Virus record (IMG/VR): IMGVR_UViG_3300022746_000016
Coordinates: 64,001 to 128,000 of that record
DNA: 64,000 nucleotides
Direction: 5' to 3' (one strand)
Source of the DNA: a virus
Lineage: Duplodnaviria; Caudoviricetes
Below the pieces are notes generated by a model. That model saw nothing but the letters and a program-made list of their open reading frames with translations. It was not told the DNA's origin and did no database searches. Below are positions 45,239-55,468 of the stretch, piece after piece (the first letter of the stretch is position 1; each line of letters opens with the position of its first letter). Made by a program: the position numbers and the translations under genes.

Positions 45239-45817
45239 TTATAATTCGTAACCAAACTGTTCAAAATCTTTCTTGTAGTAAAGACGAACCATATCTCTAG
45301 TCTCATCATCCCATTCAACCTTTTGTTTCGGATGGGAGTTGACTGTTTGTAACTTAACACCAAGACGACTTTCCAGAGGCTCCAAGTTTTCATACTTGAA
45401 TATCTCAATCGGATAATCGCAGTCAATGAACATACTCTGAGTTCGGCTGATGCTGTCTGTAGAATTCTTAGTTCGATTAAACAGCACGTACTTTAACCAT
45501 GGCTTGAAATCAAAATTCATATATGCCACGTAGTCTTGGTAGTCAGCTTTCTTCTGTTGTAAAGAATATGTATCATAGTAATCTTTGTACATAATCCTAG
45601 AGTAAGAAAAGATAGACTCGACTCTGTCGTATGGGTTTCTTGCAATACAAAAAGAGAAGTCGGGTTTATACTTATGATACTCGCAACGATTAACCAAAGT
45701 AGATAAGAAATGGTGATTGTTCATCCACTTCTGATAGTTGATGTCTGGACTATCAATCATAGCATGGCGGACAGCAGAGCCAGCATTCTTAGGTATATGT
45801 AAAAATAGAACGTTCAT
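45239..45817 (-). CDS. Sulfotransferase family 2
   Basis: FLHIPKNAGS, RNPYDR..S and DFEQFGY motifs. Confidence 0.85.
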   Translation of the reverse strand: MNVLFLHIPKNAGSAVRHAMIDSPDINYQKWMNNHHFLSTLVNRCEYHKYKPDFSFCIARNPYDRVESIFSYSRIMYKDYYDTYSLQQKKADYQDYVAYMNFDFKPWLKYVLFNRTKNSTDSISRTQSMFIDCDYPIEIFKYENLEPLESRLGVKLQTVNSHPKQKVEWDDETRDMVRLYYKKDFEQFGYEL

Positions 45818-46353
45818 TTCTTATGTGGTACGTCAAATACAAAGGTTACACGAACACAGTCGCCTATGTTCTTAGTCCCATGGGGTAGTTTATTGTTGAA
45901 CCATAGCAGGGTTCCAGGTTCTACCGTAACAGATTCATCTCCCACTGTGTATATGTATCTGCCTTGGATGGACAGATGATAGCGGTCTCTAGTTTGGTAG
46001 TAACTTCCAATATCAATGTGCGTTCCAACTTCTCCACCAACTGGCAGAGATAGGAAACCACATCGACTGACTTTCTTAAAGTGTCGCTTAACGAAGCCAA
46101 TGACTTCTGTGTGGTGTTGAATAGCTGGAGTTGGAATACAATACTCTGTGTCTCCAACGTACTGGTCTATATGTTCAACACCACCCATCACAAGCTGCAA
46201 TACACCAGCTTGAACTTCGGGGAATCCATATGAGAGCATGGACTTAACTCCATCTACTCTTTTCTGAACTCCCCAGTCCTCTGGGTATTTTTCTAACTGT
46301 GCCAAAATCTTTGACACATTTAAACCAGTCTTAATGATTCTAATGTTCTTCAT
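45814..46353 (-). CDS. Asp/Asn beta-hydroxylase-like 2OG-Fe(II) oxygenase
   Basis: HID...RYH...WFNNK.PH...R. Confidence 0.8.
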   Translation of the reverse strand: MKNIRIIKTGLNVSKILAQLEKYPEDWGVQKRVDGVKSMLSYGFPEVQAGVLQLVMGGVEHIDQYVGDTEYCIPTPAIQHHTEVIGFVKRHFKKVSRCGFLSLPVGGEVGTHIDIGSYYQTRDRYHLSIQGRYIYTVGDESVTVEPGTLLWFNNKLPHGTKNIGDCVRVTFVFDVPHKK

Positions 46354-46388
46354 AGTAATCCAAAAAGGTTAAATTCCTATATACTTAT

Positions 46389-46973
46389 ATGAAACCATTT
46401 ACCTACCTTATTAAGTGTATCCCAACTAACCAAGTTTACTATGGTGTTCGGTACTCATCAAACTGCCACCCAGACCAACTCTGGAACTCATACTTCACAT
46501 CATCTAAAAGAGTTCATACTCTAATCGAAAAATATGGAGTAGAAAACTTCCAAACTCAGATAAGAAGGACATTCTTAACTGCAGAAGAAGCGGTTAGATG
46601 GGAGACTAAAGTCTTATCTAAACTTAATGCTGCTAAGTCAGAGGTCTGGCTAAACTGTCAAAATGGAGACTACAAGTTCAAAAACAAAGGTGGATATAAA
46701 CTACCAGAGTCTAAGAAAACTAATTTTAGAAAACCTAAAAGCGAGTCCCATAAACAGTCTATGAAAGATCGTTACAAAGTAAAACATAAACATTATAACG
46801 ACGGTAAAAAGTCTTATTATCTTCCAGAAGATTCCCCTCTAATAACAGAGTTAAACCTAAAAGAAGGACAAGTTATAACAAAATGTCCACATTGCAGTAA
46901 AGAAGGTAAACTAAACGCAATGCTTAGATGGCACTTCAATAACTGCAAGACATCACCCGAAAAAACCCTCTAA
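46389..46973 (+). CDS. Homing endonuclease (GIY-YIG-like)
   Basis: FTYLI...YYGVR...YFTSS; C-terminal CPHC...RWHFNNC. Confidence 0.8.
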   Translation: MKPFTYLIKCIPTNQVYYGVRYSSNCHPDQLWNSYFTSSKRVHTLIEKYGVENFQTQIRRTFLTAEEAVRWETKVLSKLNAAKSEVWLNCQNGDYKFKNKGGYKLPESKKTNFRKPKSESHKQSMKDRYKVKHKHYNDGKKSYYLPEDSPLITELNLKEGQVITKCPHCSKEGKLNAMLRWHFNNCKTSPEKTL

Positions 46974-49439
46974 CGAACTTTCCTCTTGCGTCTTCCAACC
47001 TAGTGGCTCAATGACAATTTGTAAGGCATCCAAGAATACCTTTTCGAATTGTTTGTCATAGTCAATATATGTATTCAATCCAAATTCGGCAGGTAGCTCT
47101 TGGCTGAACGCAATCACATCTTCCTGCAGAGGATTCGGAGTACGAACATACACGAACTTGATCTTATCACCATCTCGGATCGCAGCGTACTTCTTATCAA
47201 GTCCATGCTTCTTGATGTAGTGGTTATAAAGTAACGCACCACGAACATGGATTGGAGTACCCTTCGTATAAATTGGAGAACCAGCATACTGTTTCATACC
47301 GTTGACACCACGAGGGAATGCTACGTCAGCTAGAGGCATCTTGTCAAAGTCCATCTTGAAGTCTGTGACATACTTATGGAGTTTCTTTTCATCACCTTCT
47401 AGAATAACACTAATGGAATCCTTTAGCTTGTCGCGGATGACGGCTGGAGTAGATGACTTGACCATCTCAAGACCCATAACCTTAACCTTAGGCTTAGCGA
47501 ACTGCACACCTTCGGAGTTATGGACGTTCATAATGTATCGCTTCTTCGCAGTCCAGATGGCTTTGTCAGCAAGAACTTCTCGCTTCATAACCATCTTCTG
47601 AGAATACGCATTCATATATTGAGCCAATTCCTGATAACCAGTATCAATGAATGGTTGGAAAATCTCTTCACAGACTTTGTCCATGTACTTGATCTTCTGT
47701 TCAGTGGTCTTACCAGCACAAGTATGTTCAACCAGAGTTTCCAGAGTCAGGTAGATTGAGTCAGTATCGATCGCAATAATGTAATCTTTACCTTCAGTCT
47801 TCATCACCTTGTTCATATATGCATTGATCTTGTTAGCCATCCAACGAATGGACAACTGACCCGATGTAGTAATACCCTCAGCCATACGAATATCGAAGTA
47901 TCGGAAATACTGATTACCCATCGCACCGTAAGCAGAGTTCAAAGCAATCTTCATCGCCATCTGCAGGTTGTTCAGTCGGCTAATCTCTTTTAGGAGATGA
48001 ACCTTTGACTTATCGTTCTGATACTCTTGTTCAACACCAAGCATCTGCTTCTTGAACTTAGAACGGTCTTTGTACATCTTCTCCATCAACTCGGGCATGA
48101 ACCCTTTGATGTCTTTACGATAACACCAACCATTGGCAGTTACAGTTAGGTCTCGCTTGTGAGCGTAGCTAGTATCAACTTCTTGGTTGAGTAGCTTCTC
48201 AACAGTCACTGGGAGTTTCTCTGAAGTCAGAGTCTCTGGTGAAATGTTGTATTGCATAATCAAGTGAGGATACAATGAATTCAAGTCGAACGAAGCAACC
48301 CACTTGTGTAGACCAATCAATGGATCTTTAACGAACGCACCTTCAAACTGAGCATCTTTACCAGAGTAAGACTTGGCTGGAATGACAATACCCTTTGCGC
48401 GCAGATGGTTATAGATGATAGAGTCCCACATACGTACCTGTGAGTAGACATCTTCCATATTGATCTTGGCTTGGTAAGCCATGGTCAGATGCAATTCAAG
48501 CAGACGCATCTTATCGTCCATTCGGTCAACCAACTCTACGTCATGGATGTTATACTCGACGAATTGTTGCCAATGGTTCGTGTAGAAGTCTTTGAATGAT
48601 TCGCCTGGATTTTCTTTCTTGCGATCTCCAAGTTCTTGCTCGGCAATGTAGTCAAGACGATATGACTCTTGCTTTTGGTAAGTGTACTTCTTGTAAAGTT
48701 CAAGGTAGTCCAGCTGAGCAATACCCACGATGTCATAATGAATCTCTTCATTACCTTTAATGAAAGTCTTACGCTCGTTGACATAGCCCCATGGACTAAT
48801 CTTATTAGCAAAAGTCTCACCAAGTTCACGCGCAATTCGACGAACCAAATATGGCACGTCAAAAAAGTCAGTGTTCCAACCAGTAATGGCATCTGGATAG
48901 TTACCCTGCCAGAAAATCATAAACTCTTTAAGGAGTTGATGCTCTGTGGCACAGTTGATATAAACTAGATCGTCACGATTGTGAACGAACGCACCAACAC
49001 CGAACGTGATGATACGCTTAGTGAATAGATCTTTAATCGTAATCAGTGTCACTTCTTCATTGGCAGTTTTGATATCTGGAAATCCAGATTCAGTCTTTGT
49101 CTCAATGTCGATAGTGAAGATCTTGAATAGATCCATGTCCCAGTTAACAAGGGTGTCGTAAGTGTCGCTGAGATATTGGTAGGCGTAGTTGGTCTGTCCA
49201 TAGACTGGAAAACCTTCGATACCTTCGTAACGTTTAATGAAGTCACGAGTCTCTCGAATAGATCCAGGCTTGACTTCATCAACGAATGTGCCCTCCAGTG
49301 TTTGCCACTTGGAGGGTTTCTTTGCTGGGACATAGAGAGTTGGGGAGAAGTCGATCTTACGTTTGTAAGGACGACCATTCTCGTAACCACGCACAAGGAT
49401 CTTGTCCCCCATTGCGTGGGCTGATGTGTAAAATTCCAT
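46953..49439 (-). CDS. 43: Family B DNA polymerase (gp43)
   Basis: DIET, FDLNSLYP, KIALNSAYG, DTDS and KKRY motifs. Confidence 0.97.
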   Translation of the reverse strand: MEFYTSAHAMGDKILVRGYENGRPYKRKIDFSPTLYVPAKKPSKWQTLEGTFVDEVKPGSIRETRDFIKRYEGIEGFPVYGQTNYAYQYLSDTYDTLVNWDMDLFKIFTIDIETKTESGFPDIKTANEEVTLITIKDLFTKRIITFGVGAFVHNRDDLVYINCATEHQLLKEFMIFWQGNYPDAITGWNTDFFDVPYLVRRIARELGETFANKISPWGYVNERKTFIKGNEEIHYDIVGIAQLDYLELYKKYTYQKQESYRLDYIAEQELGDRKKENPGESFKDFYTNHWQQFVEYNIHDVELVDRMDDKMRLLELHLTMAYQAKINMEDVYSQVRMWDSIIYNHLRAKGIVIPAKSYSGKDAQFEGAFVKDPLIGLHKWVASFDLNSLYPHLIMQYNISPETLTSEKLPVTVEKLLNQEVDTSYAHKRDLTVTANGWCYRKDIKGFMPELMEKMYKDRSKFKKQMLGVEQEYQNDKSKVHLLKEISRLNNLQMAMKIALNSAYGAMGNQYFRYFDIRMAEGITTSGQLSIRWMANKINAYMNKVMKTEGKDYIIAIDTDSIYLTLETLVEHTCAGKTTEQKIKYMDKVCEEIFQPFIDTGYQELAQYMNAYSQKMVMKREVLADKAIWTAKKRYIMNVHNSEGVQFAKPKVKVMGLEMVKSSTPAVIRDKLKDSISVILEGDEKKLHKYVTDFKMDFDKMPLADVAFPRGVNGMKQYAGSPIYTKGTPIHVRGALLYNHYIKKHGLDKKYAAIRDGDKIKFVYVRTPNPLQEDVIAFSQELPAEFGLNTYIDYDKQFEKVFLDALQIVIEPLGWKTQEESSLEGFFG

Positions 49440-49485
49440 TAGTTCTTTCCGTACATTAGAAACATTAAAAATTATAAATAAAAGT

Positions 49486-50091
49486 ATGAAACCTACTATC
49501 CCATTTACCTATCTTATCCACTTCAAAGCGACAGACCAATATTATTATGGTTCTCGATATAGAAAAGGATGCAACCCATCTGACTTATGGTCAGTATATT
49601 ATACATCATCTAAAGTTATAAAACAACTAATCTTAGAACACGGTAAAGATGCGTTCACGGTATCTGTGAGAAAGATATTTAATACAGCAGAAGAGGCTAG
49701 AAAATGGGAATCTAGATTCTTAAATAAAGTCAAAGCAGCACAGTCAGATAAATGGCTAAACAGGCATAACGGAGATGAGAAATTCTATGGGAGAGGGCAC
49801 CATGGAAATTTGGGTAAAAAGTTATCACAATCCCATCGAGAAAATATTAGCAAAGGGCAACTAGGAATAAAACGTGGTCCATTTTCTGAAGAACATCTAA
49901 GAAAAATATCAGAATATCGTCAGGGTAAGAAACATTCTCCTGAAGTAAAACAGAAAATGTCAGATTCTAGAAAAGGTATATCCAAGACGCTAAACTTAGT
50001 TACATGCCCGCATTGTGGTAAATCTGGCAAAGGTGGTAATATGACTAGATATCATTTCAACAGGTGTGCTCAGCTAACTGCTTTACCATAA
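49486..50091 (+). CDS. Homing endonuclease (GIY-YIG-like plus NUMOD3), paralog of 46389-46973
   Basis: FTYLI...YYGSR...YYTSS; NUMOD3 repeats; CPHC. Confidence 0.8.
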   Translation: MKPTIPFTYLIHFKATDQYYYGSRYRKGCNPSDLWSVYYTSSKVIKQLILEHGKDAFTVSVRKIFNTAEEARKWESRFLNKVKAAQSDKWLNRHNGDEKFYGRGHHGNLGKKLSQSHRENISKGQLGIKRGPFSEEHLRKISEYRQGKKHSPEVKQKMSDSRKGISKTLNLVTCPHCGKSGKGGNMTRYHFNRCAQLTALP

Positions 50092-50642
50092 AGTAGTTGC
50101 ATAGCATCATATGCGCAATCATGCACTGGATGGTGTTTGATAACTTGTGCTCGCTCGAAGTCTGGATGATCAACACCACAGTAACCATTTGTTGTGCCGT
50201 ACAAGATATCTACTGCAGTGCGTACATCACGCCACTGTGCATATCCTGTCAACGGCTCCATGCCTAATTTTGTAGCCAATGAATCGATGGCTAACTGGTC
50301 AAGGGAACCACGTGCCCACATAGTTTGTTTACGTGAGTCTGGGTACTTGTTCATATAGTTATGAAGAATCGTCATACCATCTTCGGCTGAAACGTCTTCG
50401 CTAGATGGATCAAGGGAAACACGACGAACATACTCGTGTTGATTCTGCCACCACTCAAGTGTGGACAGAGTTACAGTGCGCCCGATCTTCGCCTGTTCTT
50501 TGGCTTTGAATTTCACAAAGCATGCTTCATCCAACATCTGCTGGTAGGATGGTTTCTTTTCTGGATCGAAATAGACCAATGCTGCAGATAGAACTACAGC
50601 ATTGGACTCAACACCAAGTGTTTCAACGTCGAACATAAACAT
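50070..50642 (-). CDS. dexA: DexA-like 3'-5' exonuclease
   Basis: FDVETLG, WARG, RDVRT and H.P.HDC motifs. Confidence 0.8.
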   Translation of the reverse strand: MFMFDVETLGVESNAVVLSAALVYFDPEKKPSYQQMLDEACFVKFKAKEQAKIGRTVTLSTLEWWQNQHEYVRRVSLDPSSEDVSAEDGMTILHNYMNKYPDSRKQTMWARGSLDQLAIDSLATKLGMEPLTGYAQWRDVRTAVDILYGTTNGYCGVDHPDFERAQVIKHHPVHDCAYDAMQLLYGKAVS

Positions 50643-50644
50643 AA

Positions 50645-50851
50645 TTAAACCTCTCGGTTGCTAACGCAACTCTCAAATGTATCCCACAATTTATTAAATT
50701 TGATATCATACAAAGTCTTCAAACCGAGCAACAGATTAGCCAGTTGATCTGGATCATTACCTTCCATTGACAATTCATATGCTAGCTGGATGTCATCAGT
50801 AACTTTCCATGCATCGAGGAGCTGCTGCTCTAAAACAAATCGATCAGTCAT
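50645..50851 (-). CDS. Hypothetical protein
   Basis: MTDRFVLEQ... Confidence 0.6.
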   Translation of the reverse strand: MTDRFVLEQQLLDAWKVTDDIQLAYELSMEGNDPDQLANLLLGLKTLYDIKFNKLWDTFESCVSNREV

Positions 50852-51263
50852 TGCTATTCTTTCTTGCTTGATATTCTGCTTCGTGTTTATCACACAGAGT
50901 GCGAATCCATCCACCACCACGTTGCTTACCAAGTTCACCGCAAGTTTCACATGTACGATTAGCCCAGTCTTCAGCCATCTGTACTAAACCACGAACGTAG
51001 TCATCTCCACCATCATAGTAGAAACGCAGTCCACCGAACTTCTCTTTAATCTGAGCCACAACTACCTGAGGTACAACTTGATCATTTCGGTTAGCCCAGT
51101 CAATGTGTTGTTGGATATTGGCACAAAGCACACTAATGATTGGCCACCAACCTTTACCTATGGCAAAGCCACCATAAGCACCAACGAACATAGCAGGATA
51201 TTCTTCCTCCATCCGTTTAGCAAAGGCGTCATACTCTTTCATATCATCCATTATTATCCCCAA
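50844..51263 (-). CDS. Hypothetical protein
   Basis: QIKEKFGGLRFY...CETCG...TLC. Confidence 0.75.
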   Translation of the reverse strand: MGIIMDDMKEYDAFAKRMEEEYPAMFVGAYGGFAIGKGWWPIISVLCANIQQHIDWANRNDQVVPQVVVAQIKEKFGGLRFYYDGGDDYVRGLVQMAEDWANRTCETCGELGKQRGGGWIRTLCDKHEAEYQARKNSND

Positions 51264-51607
51264 GTTCTATGATTTTCAGCGATGTGTTCAATACCATCAT
51301 ACTCTCCGATGTGCCAGTTAATTCCATCTGGGATTTCCACAACAGCTAACTCTGCGCAATCACCCCATGATGCCTCACCCATCTGCTCGACAACTTTCAC
51401 GAGGTTTGGATCAGTCCGTTCGATCTCATACTCGCTCCAGTAGTTCTCATCAGAAATACTATCTCTGTAGTACTCGTAACGCATGATGCTTCGTTCTGGA
51501 TACTTGTCCACAACGATCATGGTGATACCAGCCAGTGCTGCATACTTCACAATAGCCTCATGGCTCAAACCAAAGCCACCAAAGCAACGATTGATTACAA
51601 CTTTCAT
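51254..51607 (-). CDS. Hypothetical protein
   Basis: INRCFGGFGLS...R.DP.LV...EYDGIE. Confidence 0.75.
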   Translation of the reverse strand: MKVVINRCFGGFGLSHEAIVKYAALAGITMIVVDKYPERSIMRYEYYRDSISDENYWSEYEIERTDPNLVKVVEQMGEASWGDCAELAVVEIPDGINWHIGEYDGIEHIAENHRTWG

Positions 51608-52899
51608 TTAATGTCCTTAGACGAGTCCGCAACTTCTTTGTCATCACGAATCTCGAGAATGATAGGGAGGAACAAAGATTCTTCCCCAGCTTTGTTCTTG
51701 ATTCTAGTATTATACTTGATCGCTGCGATCTTGTCAATTATTTCTTTACCGAGAGTCTTGCGTTGGTCATCAGAGAAGCCAGAGCCAACTCGAACTTTAA
51801 TTACACCATCGGCAGATTCACAGAGAATTGCACCAAGCATACCTGCATACTTACCAGTACCTTCTTCGATACCTACAATCTTCAGATCGCATTCCAACTC
51901 ACCTTTGAATTTGATCTGAGTCTTGGATCGTTTATCTTCCCAAACACCACTGAGGTCTTTCAGGATGATACCTTCTTGACCCATGGACAGATATCGTTCG
52001 AAGATTACATTGGCTTCTTCGATATTCTGAACAACAGTCTTTTGGACCAAATAAACTTTGTCTGGCTCATGAGTAGCCAGAAGATTAGCCAGAGTTTCGA
52101 TTCGTTTCGAATATGGTGTACCACAGTATCCAGTTTCGAACATTACATAAGGGATGATATCCCAAACAGTGGCACGAACCTTCGCTGCATCGGCTGCAGA
52201 GATTGTACCCTTGTTTGCTTTGTTAAGAATACCGTTGCCAGTTTGACGATCGAGAATCTTGTCACCTTCCATGACCAGAAGTTCACCATCGAACACGCAG
52301 TCTATTGGACCAGCCATATCGATGAAGTCTTGTTCGAGGTTGCCAAGCAGTTGAATCTCTTTACCATTTCGGCTACGAAATTCGCATTTACCATCACGAA
52401 CAATAGCGTTGAATCGCATACCATCCATCTTCAGCTGAACCATTGCTGGGAATTTAATCTTATCCACTAGCTTCTGCTCGAAAGGTGAGCAGAGCATAAC
52501 AGGATATTCTATAATCAAACCCATCCACACATCATTGGCAGTAGATGCTTGCACACCACACTTCAGATCTTTCTGGATGATTCTCTCCATAACCTTAGCA
52601 TCATCAGGCGAGAGGGCTTGTAGGATATTAGTTAAGTGGTCAATGGCTGCGTTACCAGTAACCAAACGCTCACGCAGATCGTAGAGAGCAGGGAGCATTG
52701 ATGCTAATGAAGCAGGATGTCCAGTCGTGTTAGGTGTGTACGCTGGAATCTTGCGTTGATAGAATTGAGTGAATGGACACAATGCCAGTCGAATCACTTC
52801 ACGTAGCAACTCATTGTCTTTGTTTGCTTCCAACTGATCACGTTTGAAGTTGCGAGATGAGTTAGCAGCGAGGGATTCGAGGAATTTGTGGATGTTCAT
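51604..52899 (-). CDS. 30: ATP-dependent DNA ligase (gp30)
   Basis: KMDGMR, DGEL, EGIILK and KFK motifs. Confidence 0.93.
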   Translation of the reverse strand: MNIHKFLESLAANSSRNFKRDQLEANKDNELLREVIRLALCPFTQFYQRKIPAYTPNTTGHPASLASMLPALYDLRERLVTGNAAIDHLTNILQALSPDDAKVMERIIQKDLKCGVQASTANDVWMGLIIEYPVMLCSPFEQKLVDKIKFPAMVQLKMDGMRFNAIVRDGKCEFRSRNGKEIQLLGNLEQDFIDMAGPIDCVFDGELLVMEGDKILDRQTGNGILNKANKGTISAADAAKVRATVWDIIPYVMFETGYCGTPYSKRIETLANLLATHEPDKVYLVQKTVVQNIEEANVIFERYLSMGQEGIILKDLSGVWEDKRSKTQIKFKGELECDLKIVGIEEGTGKYAGMLGAILCESADGVIKVRVGSGFSDDQRKTLGKEIIDKIAAIKYNTRIKNKAGEESLFLPIILEIRDDKEVADSSKDIK

Positions 52900-53078
52900 T
52901 TTAACTCTTTGAATGTTCTATATTTGGTGTAGAAGGGCAGAGGCTTGGAAAACTTCTTCGTTGTCTTTGTATCGACATTGTAGAACGCAACCAGCTTGCA
53001 CTTATCGTCAGTGACATAGTAGATGTGATTAGAAACCTTCTGGCTCCAATCCTTGGTTGTCTCTTGCAAGACTCTCAT
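52896..53078 (-). CDS. Hypothetical protein
   Basis: Coupled ORF. Confidence 0.55.
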   Translation of the reverse strand: MRVLQETTKDWSQKVSNHIYYVTDDKCKLVAFYNVDTKTTKKFSKPLPFYTKYRTFKELK

Positions 53079-53218
53079 TTCTTCATCCAAGTACGGGCAC
53101 CAGATGGAGCCTTCTTTTTGGTTTCGATGACTTGGACTGTGCCACCACGTTTGAGAAAAGCCTTCAATTGTTTTTCGGTTTCAGCACGCAACTCAGCTTT
53201 GGATTTTACTTGGAACAT
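53075..53218 (-). CDS. Small hypothetical protein
   Basis: MFQVKSKAELR... Confidence 0.55.
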   Translation of the reverse strand: MFQVKSKAELRAETEKQLKAFLKRGGTVQVIETKKKAPSGARTWMKK

Positions 53219-53231
53219 AGTCACCCTTTCA

Positions 53232-53429
53232 TTAAACAAAATCGTACGCAGTTTCAGAACCAACTCGAGAGATGATTATACCACACTTCAACTTTTTAAG
53301 CAAGGCAGTTTCGAGTTTGACAGCTTCAGGTACTGAACACTCAACGAACAGCGAACCGCAAGTAAACGATGCAGGAACATTACCCAAAACACTAGACACT
53401 TCAACCAACACGTCTTTTTCGAAACTCAT
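53232..53429 (-). CDS. Small hypothetical early protein
   Basis: AAGGA SD, downstream of a sigma70 promoter at ~53461-53489. Confidence 0.55.
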   Translation of the reverse strand: MSFEKDVLVEVSSVLGNVPASFTCGSLFVECSVPEAVKLETALLKKLKCGIIISRVGSETAYDFV

Positions 53430-53551
53430 TTTCAGATCCTTTTCTCGATTCATTAGATATATTATCGCTCAGAATCAAATAAAAGGCAACAACTAAATGC
53501 AATAACCCTACAATCCTGAGGGGATTGTAAGTTGTTGATTTATAAGGGATT

Positions 53552-54880
53552 TTAGAAGGCTTCTAGGACGTGTATAGGGAACACGTCATTCAGGGGCTGG
53601 AACCCCCACTCTGGGAGGTCGTAGGAACCTTTAGAGAGGCTTTTAGAGGGTCTTAGACCGATCTTAGGGTACAGGTCTTCGGTAAGCCACCAAGCATGCG
53701 AGATGACGATTTTAGAGCCTTCTTTTAGGTTTGCTCGGACATTCGTAAAGAACTTCAGGCGATCTTCTGAGGTGCAGTGGTTCAGAACGGAAAAGAGCAG
53801 GATGTAGTCGAACTTACCTTCGAACTGAAAATCTTTCACGACATATAGAGTTGGATTCTTTTCAGAACCTTCGGTTAGCTCTTTTGCAACTTTGATGAAG
53901 CTGTCGTTAAAATCAACGCCTGTGTAGTTCGATTCGTTCAAGTAAGAGATCAGATGTTCACCTGCTCTTAATGGACCACAACCAACATCAACCAGTTTGT
54001 GTTCTGGTTTTAATCCATTATCGATAAGAAGTTGAAGTTGGAACTGTCCTCGTTTATCCCATCGTTCTGCCTTACCACCAATCTGTTGTTTGTATGTTTC
54101 AGAATCAATGACTACTTTGCTATAGTCTTTCGGTAAACAGATAAAGGTATCATCAACGTAGTCATTGTTTGGTCCAGCAAAGTGAACAAGAACAGATCTT
54201 GGGTTTAGCTTATCACCAACAATAAGTTCACCACCGACTCTGTCTCGATATAAGTCAGCCATCTTATCCATAAATCCTAAAGAAGAATCATACTTAACGA
54301 TATACTCTTTTGGCCAGAATACTATGTCATGAGTCTTCTGAAGGTTTTGCCAGATGAATCTCTGCTCACCAAAGAATGGTGGGAACTTCTCTTTATACAA
54401 ACCACTTTTAGAACCTAGATGATAATGCATCATCCAGTAGCTTGGACGTTCTAAGAATTTCTGTAGCACATGGAGGTTGGATCCATCTGCTTTGAACTTT
54501 GATACACCAGAGTTAATAGGTGTGCCGATCTGATTCGTCCACCATCTGAATGCATATAACTGTTCGCCAGTATTGACTGGGTACTTGATAAGTTTCTCTG
54601 GATCTCCGATGAACACTTGATCAATATCCATAATGATAACTTCATCATCAGAAGAAGCACCAATAAAGTTTGGATCGAAGAAACGAAGTTTGTTCCACTG
54701 TCTTTTTAAAAGAGGATCCTCACCAATAGGTATGACTACAATATTTTCGTCTAATCCAGAAGCATCCTCAGTCATACAAATGAATCGAATATCTGGAATG
54801 TGTTTGATGCTATTGTATAAACGATTCACATTCTTTGATGGGTACTTGGTACCATACTTGAGAGTACAAATGTGTATCAT
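53552..54880 (-). CDS. Glycosyltransferase-like domain fused to class I SAM methyltransferase
   Basis: CTLKYGTKY, WNKL, DID and HFAG (GT-A-like); DVGCGPLR and FSVLNH (methyltransferase). Confidence 0.75.
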   Translation of the reverse strand: MIHICTLKYGTKYPSKNVNRLYNSIKHIPDIRFICMTEDASGLDENIVVIPIGEDPLLKRQWNKLRFFDPNFIGASSDDEVIIMDIDQVFIGDPEKLIKYPVNTGEQLYAFRWWTNQIGTPINSGVSKFKADGSNLHVLQKFLERPSYWMMHYHLGSKSGLYKEKFPPFFGEQRFIWQNLQKTHDIVFWPKEYIVKYDSSLGFMDKMADLYRDRVGGELIVGDKLNPRSVLVHFAGPNNDYVDDTFICLPKDYSKVVIDSETYKQQIGGKAERWDKRGQFQLQLLIDNGLKPEHKLVDVGCGPLRAGEHLISYLNESNYTGVDFNDSFIKVAKELTEGSEKNPTLYVVKDFQFEGKFDYILLFSVLNHCTSEDRLKFFTNVRANLKEGSKIVISHAWWLTEDLYPKIGLRPSKSLSKGSYDLPEWGFQPLNDVFPIHVLEAF

Positions 54881-55467
54881 TGTTCGTATCCAAACATTTC
54901 AAAATCTTGTTTAAAATAAGTTCTTACCATCTCTCGGCTTTCATCATCATACATTTCTTCAGTTGGTTTTCTATCTGGATTGACACGTTCTTGTGGAACT
55001 ACAATACCAGTCTCACGTTGGAATGTTTCCATATCTTCCATCTTGAAAATTCTAATATCAGATTTAGAATCCAAGTAACTGCTCTGAAGAAGAAAGTGGT
55101 GTGACACCGTAAGATAGTTGGCTAACTCGAATGTGTTAAAGTGAAAGAACTTTAACCACTCTTTGAAGTCTAAACTTAGAAATTTCTGATAAAACTCAAT
55201 AGACTTTCTTCGCATAAAATGCGGTGGCTTGATATGTTTCTGTAAATGGAAATATGTACTGACTGCTCTATCGTATGGGTTGCGCACGAACGTGAATGAG
55301 TAGTCTGGTGTGAAGTTATGGAACCTACATCTCGCCTCTAACTGTGCATGAGTTAGATGAGATACCATCCACTCAATAGGAAAATTGTGATCAGGAGAAT
55401 CTACAAGTGCCGTACGAATGGATGTCCCAGCTGTTTTTGGGATATGCAGGAACAGAACATTTTTCAT
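54877..55467 (-). CDS. Sulfotransferase family 2
   Basis: FLHIPKTAGTS and RNPYDR.VS motifs. Confidence 0.85.
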   Translation of the reverse strand: MKNVLFLHIPKTAGTSIRTALVDSPDHNFPIEWMVSHLTHAQLEARCRFHNFTPDYSFTFVRNPYDRAVSTYFHLQKHIKPPHFMRRKSIEFYQKFLSLDFKEWLKFFHFNTFELANYLTVSHHFLLQSSYLDSKSDIRIFKMEDMETFQRETGIVVPQERVNPDRKPTEEMYDDESREMVRTYFKQDFEMFGYEQ

Positions 55468-55468
55468 A

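Noticed and set aside
46389-50091. Paralogous endonucleases flanking gene 43 as a composite transposon or introns
   Set aside because: No terminal inverted repeats, transposase motifs or group I intron core seen, and gene 43 is uninterrupted; these fit free-standing homing endonucleases.
51763-52470. 235-aa plus-strand ORF and similar antisense ORFs
   Set aside because: Antisense shadows of highly biased minus-strand genes, here the DNA ligase.
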